The position numbers and the translations under genes were made by a program. Of a stretch of DNA of 64,000 nt, positions 12,529 through 27,149 are shown piece after piece. Position 1 is the stretch's first letter, and each line of letters begins with the position of its first letter. The DNA comes from Eledone cirrhosa. Lineage: Eukaryota. Location of the stretch: positions 86,738,001-86,802,000 of the forward strand of contig OZ024743.1 in assembly GCA_964016885.1 (NCBI GenBank), read 5' to 3'. The notes under the pieces were generated by a model. That model did no database searches. It was not told the origin of the DNA and saw nothing but the letters and a program-made list of their open reading frames with translations.

Positions 12529-15252
12529 TAGAGTAGAAGAGGCGATTAGGAGGGGCAACGTGGCCGGCGTGCTGGCGTCAAGAACGGCCCTAGACCAGTT
12601 CTTTGACGCGAAGCACGAGGGCTGTGTTGTCAGGAGTAAAATACATGCTCTAGGTAACGAGGGAGCCAAAGCTGTTAGCTGGGCCCGAGTGACAGAGGCA
12701 AAAAGTGGAAACAAGTCCACAATTCGGTCTTTGAAGGACCAGGATAGACGCGTGATCCTTGAACCTGAGCGGATGTGCGCGGCCTTTCAACGGCGCTTTG
12801 CACGACTGTTCGGGAGGGGAGGCGGGCCAGGTGAAGCCATGGATTTAGGTCCATACCTCGACGGTCTGCCGCATCTCTCGGACGGGGAGGCGAAGTCCTG
12901 CGAAAGGCCGATTTCAGCCGCTGAAATAGGGGAAGCGCTGAGCCAATGCGGCAAACGCAAATCTCCCGGTGTCGATGGTCTACCATACGAACTTTATGTA
13001 GCGATGCCGGACGTGTTCTCCGATCTCCTCGAGGCGGTCTACTGCAACTGGCAACAGAACGGGAGAATTCCCAGTTCTGTGACCAAGGGCGTAGTCACGC
13101 TGGTGAGGAAGGACGAGAACAAGGGGGATGACATAGATAACTTCAGGCCCATAACTCTGCTAAACACAGAGTTAAAGATTTTGGCCAAGGTGTTAGCGAA
13201 GAGGTTGGTGCTTGTCATCGGGAGCCTGGTGGGAAAAGCGCAGACATGCGCAATCCCGTCCAGGTCCATACACGACAACCTCCACCTCATGCGATACATA
13301 GTAGAGAGGGTAGGGAACGGACCCGGCTTTGGTGGGGCCCTGATCAACTTGGATCAATCTAAGGCGTTCGATAGGGTCGACCATCGGTACCTGGATGCGG
13401 TGCTCGCGGCGGCAGGCTTCGGACCTGTTTTCAGGGGCTGGATTGCTGCAATGCACAGCAGCAACACCTGCTCGAGGGTCAAGGTGAACGGCTACCTCTC
13501 GGAGCCGTTCCAAATCGCGCGATCCATCCGACAGGGATGCCCTCTCTCCTCCCTTCTGTATGTGCTGGCTCTCGAGCCACTACTGCGGAAGTTGGAGCTG
13601 TTGCAGGGAATCCCTTTGGAAACGGGATTGCGGAAAGCGGTGTCGGCCTATGCCGATGACGTGACAGTAATGGTGTCAACCGCCTCGGAAATCGGGGTCA
13701 TCGGCACCTTACTGGAGGAATACGAGACGTTTACAGGGGCTAAGCTGAACCGGGACAAGTCAATCGGTTTGCAACTCGGAGCGTGGAGAGGCAAACCGAT
13801 GCCCTCCGACGACGTTGTCGGACGCTGGACGGAGGGACCGGTGAAGCTGCTCGGGTCTGGTTCGGACCGGACCTCCAGGTGGAGAAAAACTGGGACGAGG
13901 TATAGTTTGCACTCGGCCCAGAAGTGGGCCGAGTGCAAACTATCCCTGAAAGGTTGATCGGAGGTGGCGAACACTTATATAGCGTCCGTCATCTACTACC
14001 GCTTGACCGTCGTGCCTTGCCCAGCGAAAACGCTCGCCAAAATGGAGCGCGGGCTCTTCCGATTCCTTTGGAAGAAGCGGGCCCCTTTGGTAAGAAGATC
14101 CATCTGCTGTTAACACCCTTCGAACGGAGGGCTGGGGATGCTGTGGCTGACGATGCGTAGACACGCATTAAGGCTACGGCACCCCCAGGTATTCCTCACC
14201 GGTCAGCCGGTGTGGGCCCCTTTTGTGAGGTGAGCCTTTCCGAGACTCGTCTCACTCACCGAGCTGCAATCCTGGGTCAGGCAAAGTGGGCGACTGGCAC
14301 ATTGAATGTGCCCAGGCGCTCACGGCCCTCTGGCAAGCGGATCCGGCAATCAGTGGAGACTCAACCTCAACATTCTATGGAGGGTTGGTGCGCAGCAAGT
14401 GCGACGACGCTCTCGGAGAGGCTCTGGGCATGGAGGAAGACGAGCTAGCCAGTCTGTTCGGTAGGACATCTGGCCCGGGACCGATGGACAACTTCCAAAA
14501 GTCCCTGGCTTGGCAGTGCTACCGGGGAGCTCTGCCCGTTCGGGACAGGCTCTACAGACACGGGCGCCCGGGTAGGGACCCCCCGAAGAAGATATGTCCG
14601 AGATGCGTGCGTGACGAGGAAACCGTCGCGCACGCATTTGTACACTGCCCGGGCGTTGCTGACCTGTGGGGCTATGTGGAACGACTACTGTCGCGGGTGG
14701 GACCAATCCGGTTGACCACCGAGTACATTGTCACGATCAAACCGCCTCCCCCCTTCAAAAACGAAGGAGAGGCGGTTTTCCTCTGTGTGATGGCTATGGC
14801 GAAAGAGGTTGTATGGTGGACGAGGTTGAAAGGGCTGAGGTCAGACACTTTTCTCTCCGGCCAACAACTGGTCCTTTTTTTCAAGTACCATTTTAGAAGA
14901 AGGATCAGAATGGAGAGAGAGGTGCTCTACCCCAGCAAGTTTTATGAAAGGTGGGTGAAAGTGGCGAGAATGGCCCGAGTGAATGGGCCTTCTCTCTATA
15001 TCAGCCTGTAGGTGAGAGAGGAGAAGAAGGAGGAGAGGAAGGGAGCACCCGCTCTTTGTGCTCCTGAGGAGGAGAGTTGCACATTTTTTCGGGGGTGTGT
15101 GCGACCCACGTCAACGCCCCCTTCCTATTGATGACTTCGATTGTTGAATTTGATTTATTATATGTTTTTACACGTCCTTTGAAATGTATGTAAACTCCAC
15201 CCCCTTGTATTTGTCCCAATCTTTGATGCCCTTGTGGCAAATAAATAGAAAG

Positions 15253-15254
<2 letters not shown>
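12529..15254 (+). mobile_element. 5'-truncated Tx1/L1-clade LINE (RT plus zinc knuckle), disrupted, flanked by (CTAT)n
   Basis: RT motifs SPGVDGLP, NFRPITLLN, LDQSKAFDRVDH, RQGCPLS and AYADD. There is a frameshift near 13855 and later stops. The C-terminal knuckle reads CPRC..ETVAHAFVHC, and the 3' UTR has AATAAA. Confidence 0.92.
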
Positions 15255-15291
<37 letters not shown>

Positions 15292-15310
15292 AATAAAGAA
15301 ATATAAAGAA

Positions 15311-15343
<33 letters not shown>

Positions 15344-15398
15344 AACTTCCCCCTTTGTATTTGTCCCCTTCTTTTGTGCCCCTGTGGCTAATAAAGAA

Positions 15399-15451
<53 letters not shown>

Positions 15452-16199
15452 ACTGGTTGTCTGCCTGTCGTGCATGGAATCATAGTGGTAGTTTTATTTT
15501 CTGACGAGGAGACAAAAATCTCTAAAATGCAGACAGAAGAATAATCTTTTATCGTTTTCTGTATACAGTTCATTCTTATCACATCTAATTAAAAATATAA
15601 ACTTTAGTTTTATCTCAGTTTATCCCAAATCTTCAAATATAGGCTGTGTTCTAGCATAAATATTCATTATTTATGTAATTACGTCACCAAAGTATTAAAC
15701 TGACCATTTCAAATATTTTCTATATTCGATATGATATATACAGGGCGGTTAAGGAACCCCCTTATTACCCTGGGAACCATAACTTCCAACTTTGCCTCCA
15801 CGAGAGGTTGCACATATTGCAACAATCTGTGATATCCATCAACAGGAAAATCGACATAGCGCTTTGCTGCTACAGGAGAAATGCCTTATAAATCAATTTT
15901 AAGCCACTGGCCCTGGACATCCCCCGAAGACCACCTTATCTTTATCTGACCTGATGAAAAGCTTTCCCAAGTAGATCACAATAAAACTTAATGGCTAATA
16001 TAGGGGTATGCTTCGAAACCTAAGGTAGCGATTAACTGTGCCGAACAGACATTAATAATCTAGTATATATATTTGAAAACACACCTTCAGCTTAATCAAA
16101 AACAACAAATATTTAATCTATATAGAAAGATTGCGTGACTAACGATGGAGATCCTTTAGACTCGTATTTGACCAGCAGTAAATAAGAACGTTTAAGACA

Positions 16200-16570
16200 T
16201 GTTGCCAAAAGCCGAGGCCTATGCATTGAAACCACTAAAAGTAAAAGAAAATTACAAACAGAGGCTGCTGGCTGAGAAACTGAGCACAAGGTCCACTTGA
16301 AAGAGAAACGAAGAAAGTAAAAATAGGATCTTCATGGAATTGGTTGACAAAAGGTGATCTTAAGAGACAGGCAGAAAGTTTATTAATAGCTGCTGAAGAT
16401 CGAACACTAAACATAAACGCGATAAGGCATATGTATAACCCAGAAGAAACAAATAATTGTAGGTTATGTATGAAGAAGGTGGGAAGTGAGTCACACATCA
16501 TGAGCGCATGTGGCATGCTTTCGCAGGGGGAATATAAAAGGTGTCATGAAATTTCCACTGACCGCATTGC
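16200..16570 (+). mobile_element. Decayed RLE-type LINE fragment
   Basis: 'WL.KGDLKRQAESLLIAAEDRTL..CRLCMKKVGSESHIMSACGMLSQGEYKRCH' is the zinc-knuckle region. Confidence 0.7.
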
Positions 16571-16869
16571 TTGACTGATAGGGGGCTGTAAGCGCCTAAC
16601 AACATTCCAGATGCCTCGGTTTTCCCTTGACCCACGACTGCAGCTCAGTCAAAGTAATGAGCTACAGAAAGACAAATGGTGATGACACATGTTCACCGTT
16701 TAGGAATACATGGAACATGTTTGAGCATTATCAGCCACAACACACCTAGCCCTCCGTATATAGGGTGTTGGCATACGATGGACCACCAGTCGAATCTGTC
16801 TCCTCCACAAAAAAAGTTGAGAGCTAGCGATTCAATTTGGTGAGGTATGATCGGGGGCAAGGTACGACG

Positions 16870-17220
16870 GTTAGGTGGTAATAGATGACTGACGCGTTCG
16901 CCACTTCCGCCCGACCTTTAGGTATAACTTTATCAGCACACGCACAGGACTTACCGTCCGGGACCAAGAAGATCGTCCGACCTCGAGATCCAGGCTTTTC
17001 TTAAACATCACTGCCACCCCATCTCCCATTCCAAGTCGACTAAGAGATAGGTAGATCTCAAAGTCGTCAAAAAATGGGGGCTAGAGTGCGTGTATCGGAA
17101 ACCCTGGTCTCGCTAACGGCAGTCATATCTATAGCTTGTGGCCTGAGGTCGTTGAGCAAGTGACCTTGCCCCCAAGACGATCCCAAGCCACGTACATTTA
17201 TACATCTTACTCTTAGAATT
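16870..17220 (-). mobile_element. APE endonuclease fragment of an L1/Tx1-type LINE
   Basis: The minus strand reads LRVRCINVRGLG, then after a frameshift HLLNDLR..IDMTAVSETR. Confidence 0.6.
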
Positions 17221-17605
17221 GCTATGTTGGCTGGTTAGTTAAGAGAAAAAACGTATATCTCTTTAAGGTGGTGCCCCAGCATGGTCGTAGTCAAATAGCT
17301 GAAACCAGGAAAGGAATAACAGACGAAAAGAATAAAAGAATGTGTTTATTGAAGGGAGGAATCGGAATAAGAATGAGAAATGAAGAAGAGGAAACAAAGA
17401 AGTGATATTTGGAAAAGTTAAAATCAATAAAGGAAAGGAATCAATCAATCAATCGATCGATCAATGCTACTAAATATGTGTTCGATATTAATTTCCTTCA
17501 TTGATACAAAGGCTATAAATGATAGAGTTGGATGGGGCTGGAGACAATTAAATCCACTTCAATACTTAACTGCTACTTAACGTGACAATGAAAGGGACTA
17601 CGAAT

Positions 17606-17954
17606 CACCACCACCACCACCACCACTACTACTACTACCACTACTACCACTACCACCACCACTACTACTACCACCACCACCACTACCACCACCACTACTA
17701 CTACTACCTCCACTACTACCACTACTACCACTACCACCACCACCACTACCATCACCACTACTACTATCACTACTACCACCACCACTACTACCATCAACAC
17801 TACTACTACTACCACTACTACCACCACCATTACTACCTCCACCACTACTACCACCACCAATACTACTACTACCACCATCACTACTACCACCACCACTACT
17901 ACCACCACTACTGCCACCACCACTACTACCACCACTACTGCCACCACTACCACC

Positions 17955-17986
<32 letters not shown>

Positions 17987-18275
17987 CACTACTACCACCA
18001 CCAATACTAACATCACCACTACTACTACTACCACTACTACCACCACTACTACTACCACCACCACTGCCACCACCGCTACTATTACCACCACCACCACCAC
18101 CACCACTTGCACCACCATTACTACTACCACTACCACCACCACTACTACTACCACCACTACTACCACCACCACTGCCACCACCTCTACCACCACCACCACC
18201 ACCACTGCCACCACAACCACTATCACCCCCACCACTACCAATACTGATGCCACTGTCACCACCACCACACCACCA
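17606..18275. repeat. (CAC/TAC)n compound trinucleotide tract
   Basis: Direct inspection. Confidence 0.9.
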
Positions 18276-18279
18276 AACA

Positions 18280-18770
18280 TACACACACGACAGGCTTCCA
18301 CACAGTTTCCGGCTACCAAATTTCACTTAAAAAGTACCGTTGAACCCCAGGCTACATAGCAGATGCCTGTCCGAGGTACCACACAATGGAAGTGAATCCG
18401 AAACCGCGTGGCTGCGAAGCGAACCCCTTAACCGCACAGCCATACCTGCGCCTATTTTAATATCGAGGAGGAAAAGGTTCCTGGAAGATTATTGGCTATC
18501 CAGAATTGATTGCTATGGTAACAGGTTTGTTGTGACAGCTCACCCCTATGCAGGTTTAGCTGGCCTCCTCCAAGGTATATCTCGCTGGAGTTGTTTTGGG
18601 TAATTTAATGATAGGGACCCCAGTCCTATCATCTCATTTCTACAACTGAGTAAACTGAAATAAAGTGTCTTGCTCAAGGAAACAACACATCACCCGGTCC
18701 GAGAATTGAACTCACAACCTTTTGATTGCAAGCCCAAATACTCTAACCACTAAGCCATACATCTTCACAA
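18280..18770 (-). mobile_element. Two SINE-like copies of other tRNA-derived families
   Basis: Minus-strand tRNA-like heads (TGCGGTTAAGGGGTTCGCTTCGC; TGGCTTAGTGGTTAGAGTATT..GAGTTCAATT) and the motif CCTTGAGCAAGACACTTTATTTCA, shared with ~19480, ~20440 and ~44935. Confidence 0.55.
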
Positions 18771-19878
18771 CAGGTTTAGAACCAGTGATTAAGTAATTCC
18801 ATCAGACAACCACATTTGGTGTAGTCAATCATATTGATTTCTAATTTAGGCAAAAGACCAAAAATTCTGGGTGAGGGCTCCAGTATTTGTTCCTCCGGAG
18901 GGTATTTTTTTTTTATCGAACATTACTCGATAGAGTGGGTAGCTCAAAGATCAGGAAGTCACTTCAGGTAGAGCTGCTAATTCTCCGAATTGAGAGATCA
19001 CAGCTCCGATACTATGAACATGTCGTAAGGGCGCCATATTGACGAATGGCATTTCTAGGGTATTTTTAATCTCCTCTCCAGGTCTGAACACAGCAGATTA
19101 CTTGCAGAGAAAGATAAAGAGTTAGAAAAAGGTCGTGAGAAAGAGATATAGAGGAAGAATCGACCCTAGTACTAAACTGGTACTTTTTTTATCGGCCTTA
19201 AATGGATGAAAGGCAAAGTTGACCTCGGTGGGATTTGAACTCAGAGAGCAGAGATTCGGAAAGAATACTGCAAAGCATTCTATCCGACGTTCTAACGACT
19301 CAACCAATTCACTGCTGTAGTCAATCATATTAGTTTCTAATTTAGGCAAAAGCCAACAATTTTGGATGAGGACCCAGTATTTGACTGGTACTATATTTTA
19401 TCGACTTCGGAAGGATAAAAACCAAAGTGGATTTTGAGCTCAGAATGTAAAGAGCATTTGTCTGACGCTCTAAAGATTGCGTGGTGTACTGGTTAAAGTG
19501 TTCGGCTCACGGTAATAACATTGTGAGTCCGATTCCCGGATCGGGTTGCGCGTTGTGTACTTGGATAAGACACTTTATTTCACGTTGCTCCAATCTGTTC
19601 AGGTGGTGACGGTGGTGATGGTGGTGGATGTGGAGGGGTTGTGTATAGTAGGTGGTAATAGTAGTGGTGGGGGTGTATGTATAGTACGTGGTAGTAGTAG
19701 TGGTGGTAATGGTAGTGGTGGTAATGGTAGTGGTGGGACTGGTGGTAGTGGTGGTAATGGTAGGGTTGTGTATGAAATAGTTTCATGGTCGAGTTTTAAT
19801 AGTCATATAATCATTATATATTTTATGGCACGTGTCAGTGAAGTGGGGCAAAATTAATTAACGTTTTTGTGTCATTGG

Positions 19879-19944
<66 letters not shown>

Positions 19945-20822
19945 GTGTTGGGTATGTGTTACGGTGTGTATAGTGTGTATAGTGTGTGTGTGTGTGTGTT
20001 TGTTGTGTTGGGCATGTGTTACGGTGTGTATAGTGTGTATAGTGTGTGTGTGTGTGTGTGTTTGTTGTGTTGGGCATGTGTTACGGTGTGTATAGTGTGT
20101 ATAGTGTGTGTGGGCTCATACATAAAGAATTAGAATACACAGCAAACTCCCCAATTTTACCTATCAAAGTTAACTTGGCGCAAGTAATTGGAATAGAAAA
20201 ATTATACATACAGGTATGTATAATTAAATTAAAAAAGTTTAACCATCCTAAAACTAAAAAGCCCAGCTGAGGGTACAAATAAATTGCTAAGGCCGTCACT
20301 GGTGCGCCCCCCCCCTTTGCCCCCATTAAATTCGGCCCTGAATGTGAGGGGACAGCGAGGGTGGGTGAGAGGTTCACACGACACAGAGAGGTCATGAAGG
20401 CGCATGACTTAGCGGTAAGGGTGTTCGGCACACAAGGACACAACTTCGATTCCAGAGGCCCTTTCTATCATTGAGCAATCCACTTTATTTCACGTTGTTC
20501 CAGTTCACTCAATTGGAAATAGTGAGTTGTACTTGTTATTCGAAGTCCTAGTGTTATCGCGATGGATCACCTCGAAAACTACGTTATAGGTACACGTGTC
20601 TGTGGAATGCTCATCCATTTTTCACGTTAATTTCACGAACAGGCTGTTCTATTGTTCGAGAAACTGGAACACTCATCGTCCGAACGACGGAGGCCCAACA
20701 ATAACAGCTGGGTGTTTTTGAATTTAAGGAAAACACTGAACTACACTTTACTCTTTTCCACACATACTAACATACATTCACGTACTACACACACACAGAC
20801 ATATATATGTAAACATACGTAT

Positions 20823-20864
<42 letters not shown>

Positions 20865-21335
20865 ATACATACGTACATACACACACACAGACACATATAT
20901 ATATATATATATATGTAAACACACGTAGATACACACATACATATATGTATACATACGTACACATACGCACACACACACATACATATATATATATATGTAT
21001 ACATACGTACATACACACACACAGACATATATATATATATGTATACATACGTACATACATACTCACACACAGACATACATATATATGTATACATACGTAC
21101 ATACATACACATATACATATATATATGTATGCATACGTACATACATACGTACACACATACATATATATGTATACGTACGTACATACATACATACTCACAC
21201 ACACATACATATATATATATATATAAATATGTACATACATACACACATACATATATATATATGTATACAAATAAACACATATATACACATACTCATACAC
21301 ACACATATATGTATACATACGATGCATATATACAT

Positions 21336-21378
<43 letters not shown>

Positions 21379-21435
21379 AGTACATCCATGTGTGTTTTCT
21401 CACGTATAATGAATTAGTGAAAGCATCTTGAAAAT

Positions 21436-21476
<41 letters not shown>

Positions 21477-21540
21477 GCTGCTGCTGCTACTACTGCTGCT
21501 GCTGCTGCTGCTGCTACTACTACCACTGCTGCTGCTGCTG

Positions 21541-21593
<53 letters not shown>

Positions 21594-21597
21594 ATTG

Positions 21598-21642
<45 letters not shown>

Positions 21643-22208
21643 CCTTCACCACTACAACCACCAGCACCACTAGTACCACCAGCAGTTCCAACACCACTAC
21701 CGTCATCACTACAACCACCACCACCAACACCACTATCACCCCCTCCTCACCCCGGTCCCCACCATCACCCCCACCATGTCAATCTCTCCACCCCATCACC
21801 ACCATACCCCCACCCCCACCACCAAGGCCGTTCCACCAACACCACCATCACCCCCACCCTGTCGATCTCCCCACCCCATCATCCCCATACCCCCTCCCAC
21901 CACCACCAAGGCCGTTTCACCAACACCTCCAACACCTCCACCATCACCACCACCACCATCACCATCACCACCATCACCACCCCATCACCATCACCCCTAC
22001 CACAGTCATCACAACCAACAGCACTACACTACCGTGACCCCTACCAAGGCCCTCCCACCACCGACCACCAGCACTACACCCACTCATATACCCTATAGTC
22101 CAATATAGTAGTAACCATCCTTGTCAGCTGTATCAGCTATTATCACATTTAATTCGACTGAAGTAAACTAACTCACAATTTTGTGGAGTTTCACTGAAGA
22201 AAGCAGGG

Positions 22209-24066
22209 ATGGTTCTTTTCTTCTCCTTATCATGGTTTCTTCTCACAGCCACATATGTTACAACAGCCATGGCTATTTCAACTAAATCTTTTTTACACAT
22301 TGCACCGACGGCATTTATTAATGTGCATACTACAACGAGTAGAACGAAAACTGCAGCAATATTCGATCAACTCAGTAGCGTTAATTCGAACTTTGATAAA
22401 GAAAACGACAAAAGGTATTTCCGCAAAATATTAATCAGTGATGTTGAAACAGCCACATCGAAAGTAACTTCTAGAAAGTTCCGAAAAGCTCAACCGAAGC
22501 GAATCTTTTATCCCACCGGCCCTCCGATCGAAACTTTTCGCGGACGAAGTGTAGTGGTACCAGCGTCGTCCAACAGACGCAACAATACGAGAAGTAGTAG
22601 CAATCAGTCCATATTATCGTCTGCTGCTGCAAATCTGATGATGTCTGAGAGAGACAGAAGATTTACTGCCAGGGAAATCAACAGCGTCAGTGTAAGACCT
22701 TGGACGAGGATTGTTTACCGAAATATAAACCCAAATCAAAGATCTAGGCGGTTGATTCCTTACAGAGATCACAAAATAGATTCGGAAAGATCAGAACTAA
22801 AACGTGAAAGACCAGTACCTAATCTAAAATTTGCAAGTAGATTTTCTGGTGATAACAGTGAAGTTAACAACAATAATCGAAATTCCAATTTGGTACACGG
22901 GAATTCTATGAGGATTTTTTCACGCCCTCAGACCGAACCAGAGACTTCAATGCCTGAAGCTGAGCAAAGAAACACAAATCATGAATCTCAAAGAAGAAAT
23001 ATATACTTCAAGCCTGGGCGAAAAAATGGAATCCCCGAGTCAGAACAAAGACGTGTAAATCCTGAGACAAGACAAGGAAATTCACATCCAGAGCCTCAAC
23101 AAGCAATCCCCGAGCCTGAAAGAAGAAACCCTGCTCCTCAACCTGAACGAAGAAACCCACCCCCTGAGCCTGAACGAAGGAGCCCACCCCCTGAGTCTGA
23201 ACGAAGGAGCCCACCCCCTGAGTCTGAACGAAGGAGCCCACCCCCTGAGCCTGAACGAAGAAACCCACCCCCTGAGCCTGAACGAAGAAACCCACCCCCT
23301 GAGCCTGAACGAAGGAGCCCACCCCCTGAGCCTGAACGAAGGAGCCCACCCCCTGAGCCTGAACGAAGAAACCCACCCCCTGAGCCTGAACGAAGAAACC
23401 CACCCCCTGAGCCTGAACGAAGGAGCCCACCCCCTGAGCCTGAACGAAGAAACCCACCCCCTGAGCCTGAACGAAGGAGCCCACCCCCTGAGCCTGAACG
23501 GAGAAACCCACCACCTGAGCCTGAACAAAGAAATCCATATTCTAAATCTGAACCCCCAAATTCAATCTCCGAGGCTGAGCAAAGAAATCCATACTCTGAG
23601 GCCGAGCGGAGATATATAAACCCCAGCCCCCAAAGTAAAATGTCTAAACCTGAATTATTCCCTTCTACAATTAACCACGGGCGAAAACCAGAGCAATCCC
23701 TTCAAAGTGAAATGAAATCGTGGGCATCGAGAAATCGTGCCAATAATGAGCAAAATTCTCAAACAGACATTATAACAGTTCCACGACTGAAAGTCAAAAT
23801 TGGTGTTAGTGATCAAATCAATGAATTTGATTGGAAAGCTCCAGTGGTCTGGCCTCAGTTAAAACTAACTCCGAGCCATTCATTCAACAGGAACAATCAG
23901 GGACCATTTCCGTGGTGGCAGGAACGTGTAGAACAGTCGATGTCGTCAACACCAAAATCCTTCACACAAAGACAAAGGTCAGACGTTCGACCCTCGGCAG
24001 ACAACACTTTCCGTAAATTCATGCAACAAACTCGAAATAGAACAATTAAAGGAATATCGAACCCAA
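22209..24066 (+). CDS. Exon 1 of stanniocalcin-like secreted protein: signal peptide plus long disordered Pro/Arg/Glu-rich region
   Basis: 619-codon open frame in non-microsatellite sequence. The N-terminus MVLFFSLSWFLLTATYVTTAMA is hydrophobic. A donor GTAAGT at 24067 (phase 1) precedes the apparent stop. Confidence 0.8.
23141..23525 (+). repeat. Coding 27-bp minisatellite, ~14 copies of E(P/S)ERR(N/S)PPP
   Basis: Repeats of GAGCCTGAACGAAG(A/G)A(A/G)CCCACCCCCT. Confidence 0.95.
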
Positions 24067-24121
24067 GTAAGTAAACAAACAAACAAACAAACAAACAAAC
24101 AAACAACAACAACAACAACAA

Positions 24122-24335
24122 TCGTTTCTACTATAGGCACAAGGCCAGCAATTTGGGGGATAGGAAAATCGAGTAAATCGACCCCAATGCATTACTGGTA
24201 CTTTATTTCATCGACCCCGCAAAGATGAAAGGCAAAGCTAACCTCGGCGGGATTTGAACTTAGAACATAAAGGGTTGTAACTCTATGCCGCTAAGCTTGT
24301 TGTCCGACGCTCTACCGATACTGTTAATCTACCGT
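24122..24335 (-). mobile_element. tRNA-derived SINE copy
   Basis: Same family as 4261-4452. Confidence 0.8.
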
Positions 24336-24511
24336 CCTAACAACGCCAATAATAATGATGTCTTCATTAGCCACAAGGGCTTACACATGGAGATACATTA
24401 AAACAAGGATATGTGGGGTAGTCAAAGTTATAGAAAAACAGAGGAGAGGCATGGACGTCAACAATAGACATTATTTTAATAAACAACTTGGAATAAGTAT
24501 AAACTTATTAT

Positions 24512-24587
<76 letters not shown>

Positions 24588-24781
24588 ATGTTTAATGTAG
24601 AAATGACTTGTACAGGACTAGAACTGTTTCATTCAATAGAAATCAGCAGGGCTTTCCTGTAGAAGCCATTTCTATATCAAACATGATGTTTACACTCTAG
24701 TAATGTATTGAGTACCTTACTAACTGTGGTTACCCCCGATTGAACCCGGAAATTACACACACACACAGACACACACACACA

Positions 24782-24838
<57 letters not shown>

Positions 24839-25149
24839 GTACATATAAGCAGTATAGCACCACGAAAATATAGACTTAAAAAAAAATGTATTTGCTTTAA
24901 CATATGTTTCTGTCCCTATTATAATAGTCTACATATGCTGACTACAATATATATTGTTCATGCTTTACTGCTACTTTATTTTGTCGACCCCGTAAGGATG
25001 GAAGGTAAAGCTAACATCGGCGGGATTTGAACTCAGAACGTAAAGGGCTGTTACTTTATGCTACAAAGCATGTTGTCCGCCGCTTTACCGATACTACCAA
25101 TCCATCACCCTAAGAGTGCTAGTAATAATAACATAAATAATAGAAACCT

Positions 25150-25730
25150 TTTCCAATCCCAAGAAGGATCCATAGAAGTGGTTGATAGTTTCTGCTACGT
25201 AGGTGATATAATTAGTAATGGAGGTGGGTGCTCAGAGAGTATAGTAGCTAGAATAAGGACAGGACGGAAGAAGTTTAAAGAACTGCTACCCTGCTAATAA
25301 CAAAAGGTCGGCTATATGAGGCTTGTGTGCAAAGTGCTATGTTGCATGGTAGTGAGATATGGGCAGTGAACGCAGAGGACATGCAGAGGCTGGAGAGAAA
25401 TGAAGCATGCTTCAATGGATGTGCAGTGTTAATGTAGTGTGCAGAAGAGGAAACTGGATTGGTATGGACATATGATGCATGGTGGATGATGACTGCTGGG
25501 TGAAGAAGTGCCAAGTAATCCCAGTGGAAGGAAGACGCAGTCGAGAAGACCAAGGAAGACCTGGATGGATGTGGTGAGAGCTGATCTCAGATTGCTGAAG
25601 TTCACGGAGGAGATAACAAGGGAACGTGACAAGTGGGGAGATGCTGTACTGAGAAGGACCCGTCCAACCCATGCGAGCGGGGAAGAACAACGGACGTAAT
25701 ATGTTGTTGATAATGATGATGATGATGATA
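25150..25730 (+). mobile_element. RTE-clade LINE 3' fragment with (GAT)n tail
   Basis: 'IEVVDSFCYVGDIISNGGGCSESIVARIRTG', 'MLHGSEIW' and 'RPRKTWMDVV'. Related to 54390-55020. Confidence 0.8.
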
Positions 25731-26110
25731 TATATATATAATGTATTTAGTATGTGATGTATATGAAATATGATATATATGTTATATATATGTATATATA
25801 TTATATATACATATATATACAAGTATATAATATGTTTAGTATGTGATTTATATGTATGTGTACACCTGTTTGACCAGCATCAGGTGGCAGGTTTCAGCTC
25901 CGCCTCTTAGCGACACACTGGTGTATAGCTAAACGCCATACTTTCTTGGTCGACCGGTACCCAGCTAGATAACGGATATTTTTGAATTGGTGTTCCACCA
26001 AAGCTTGGTCTTTGCGGTCCGTGGGTAAACATTTTTGGACTCTACACGTGTAACAGAAACGACTCTCATTGGAAGGCACGAACAAGATATATATATATAC
26101 ACACACACAC

Positions 26111-26149
<39 letters not shown>

Positions 26150-26382
26150 GTGTGTGTGTGTGTGCGTGTGAGAGAGAGTCCTAGGTTCAATGGGGGTGGG
26201 GGTAACCACAGTTAGTAAGTTACTCAAGACATTAGTAGAGTTTAAACATCCTGTTTAATATAGACATGGCCTCTACAGGACTAGAACTGTTTCATTCAAA
26301 AGAAATCTTACTTGCTGTGGTTACCCCCGATTGAACCCGGGACTCTCTCTCTCTCTCACACACACACATACATCCCCCCATA

Positions 26383-26445
<63 letters not shown>

Positions 26446-26530
26446 GGTGTGGGATGCTTAAAGCGTCCGTAAGCGGTATGCCGTTTGAGCACTAGATGCT
26501 CTTACATAGCAGAGTATAATATCACATAAT

Positions 26531-26576
<46 letters not shown>

Positions 26577-26826
26577 AAAAAGTTTGACCTCGACGGCAGA
26601 GCTCAAGCCGTTTCGACAGCTATTTCAGTCGGGGTCATACTTTTTCCTATTACCCACTCTACTACCCTAAGTATTGAGTACTCTGGTGCGTTATGGTCCA
26701 TCTGGTTCCTTACCACAATTCCTTCGTTATATATATATATATATATATATATAAACATATTTATTACATTACATGATTTCGAACAAGACCAAATATGTTC
26801 ATAGTTTTGTACTTCTCCTTCAACAG

Positions 26827-26987
26827 ATGTAGAAAGATGTATTATGCATGTGGCAACAGGTGACTGCAACTTCTATAGGTGTTTTGATGAAACTCATACC
26901 TGTCCAGTTGACCAGAATTTTGCCTTTAATGTTGGTAATCACTTGTGCCGTCAGGTGGAGTCATTCCTCAATTTCTTCGATGAAACG
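26827..26987 (+). CDS. Exon 2 of stanniocalcin-like protein
   Basis: Acceptor TTTTGTACTTCTCCTTCAACAG, donor ACG|GTAAAT; phase 1 in, phase 0 out. Reads (N)VERCIMHVATGDCNFYRCFDETHTCPVDQNFAFNVGNHLCRQVESFLNFFDET. Confidence 0.85.
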
Positions 26988-27044
26988 GTAAATAATATTC
27001 TATCTATGTATCTATCCATCTATCTATCTATCTATCTATCTATA

Positions 27045-27142
<98 letters not shown>

Positions 27143-27149
27143 ACTGATT

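Noticed and set aside
15495-15545. Hammerhead-like CUGACGA-GGAGA..UCUCU
   Set aside because: GAAA is replaced by AAAA and there is no valid UH site. At best it is a dead relic.
17598-18326. Gly/Ser-rich minus-strand ORF resembling the real Gly-rich gene
   Set aside because: It is a pure (CAC/TAC)n tract open in several frames, its start lies in a SINE, and it has no signal peptide.
24067-24074. Stop of the 621-aa ORF as the true protein end
   Set aside because: It overlaps a consensus GTAAGT donor whose phase matches the downstream Cys-rich exon.
25858-25910. Hammerhead-like minus-strand CUAAGA-GGC..GCU-GAAA-CCUG..CAGG-UG (and a 3'-half-only motif at 10154-10173)
   Set aside because: The core is incomplete and the stem I partner is missing, so neither was counted.
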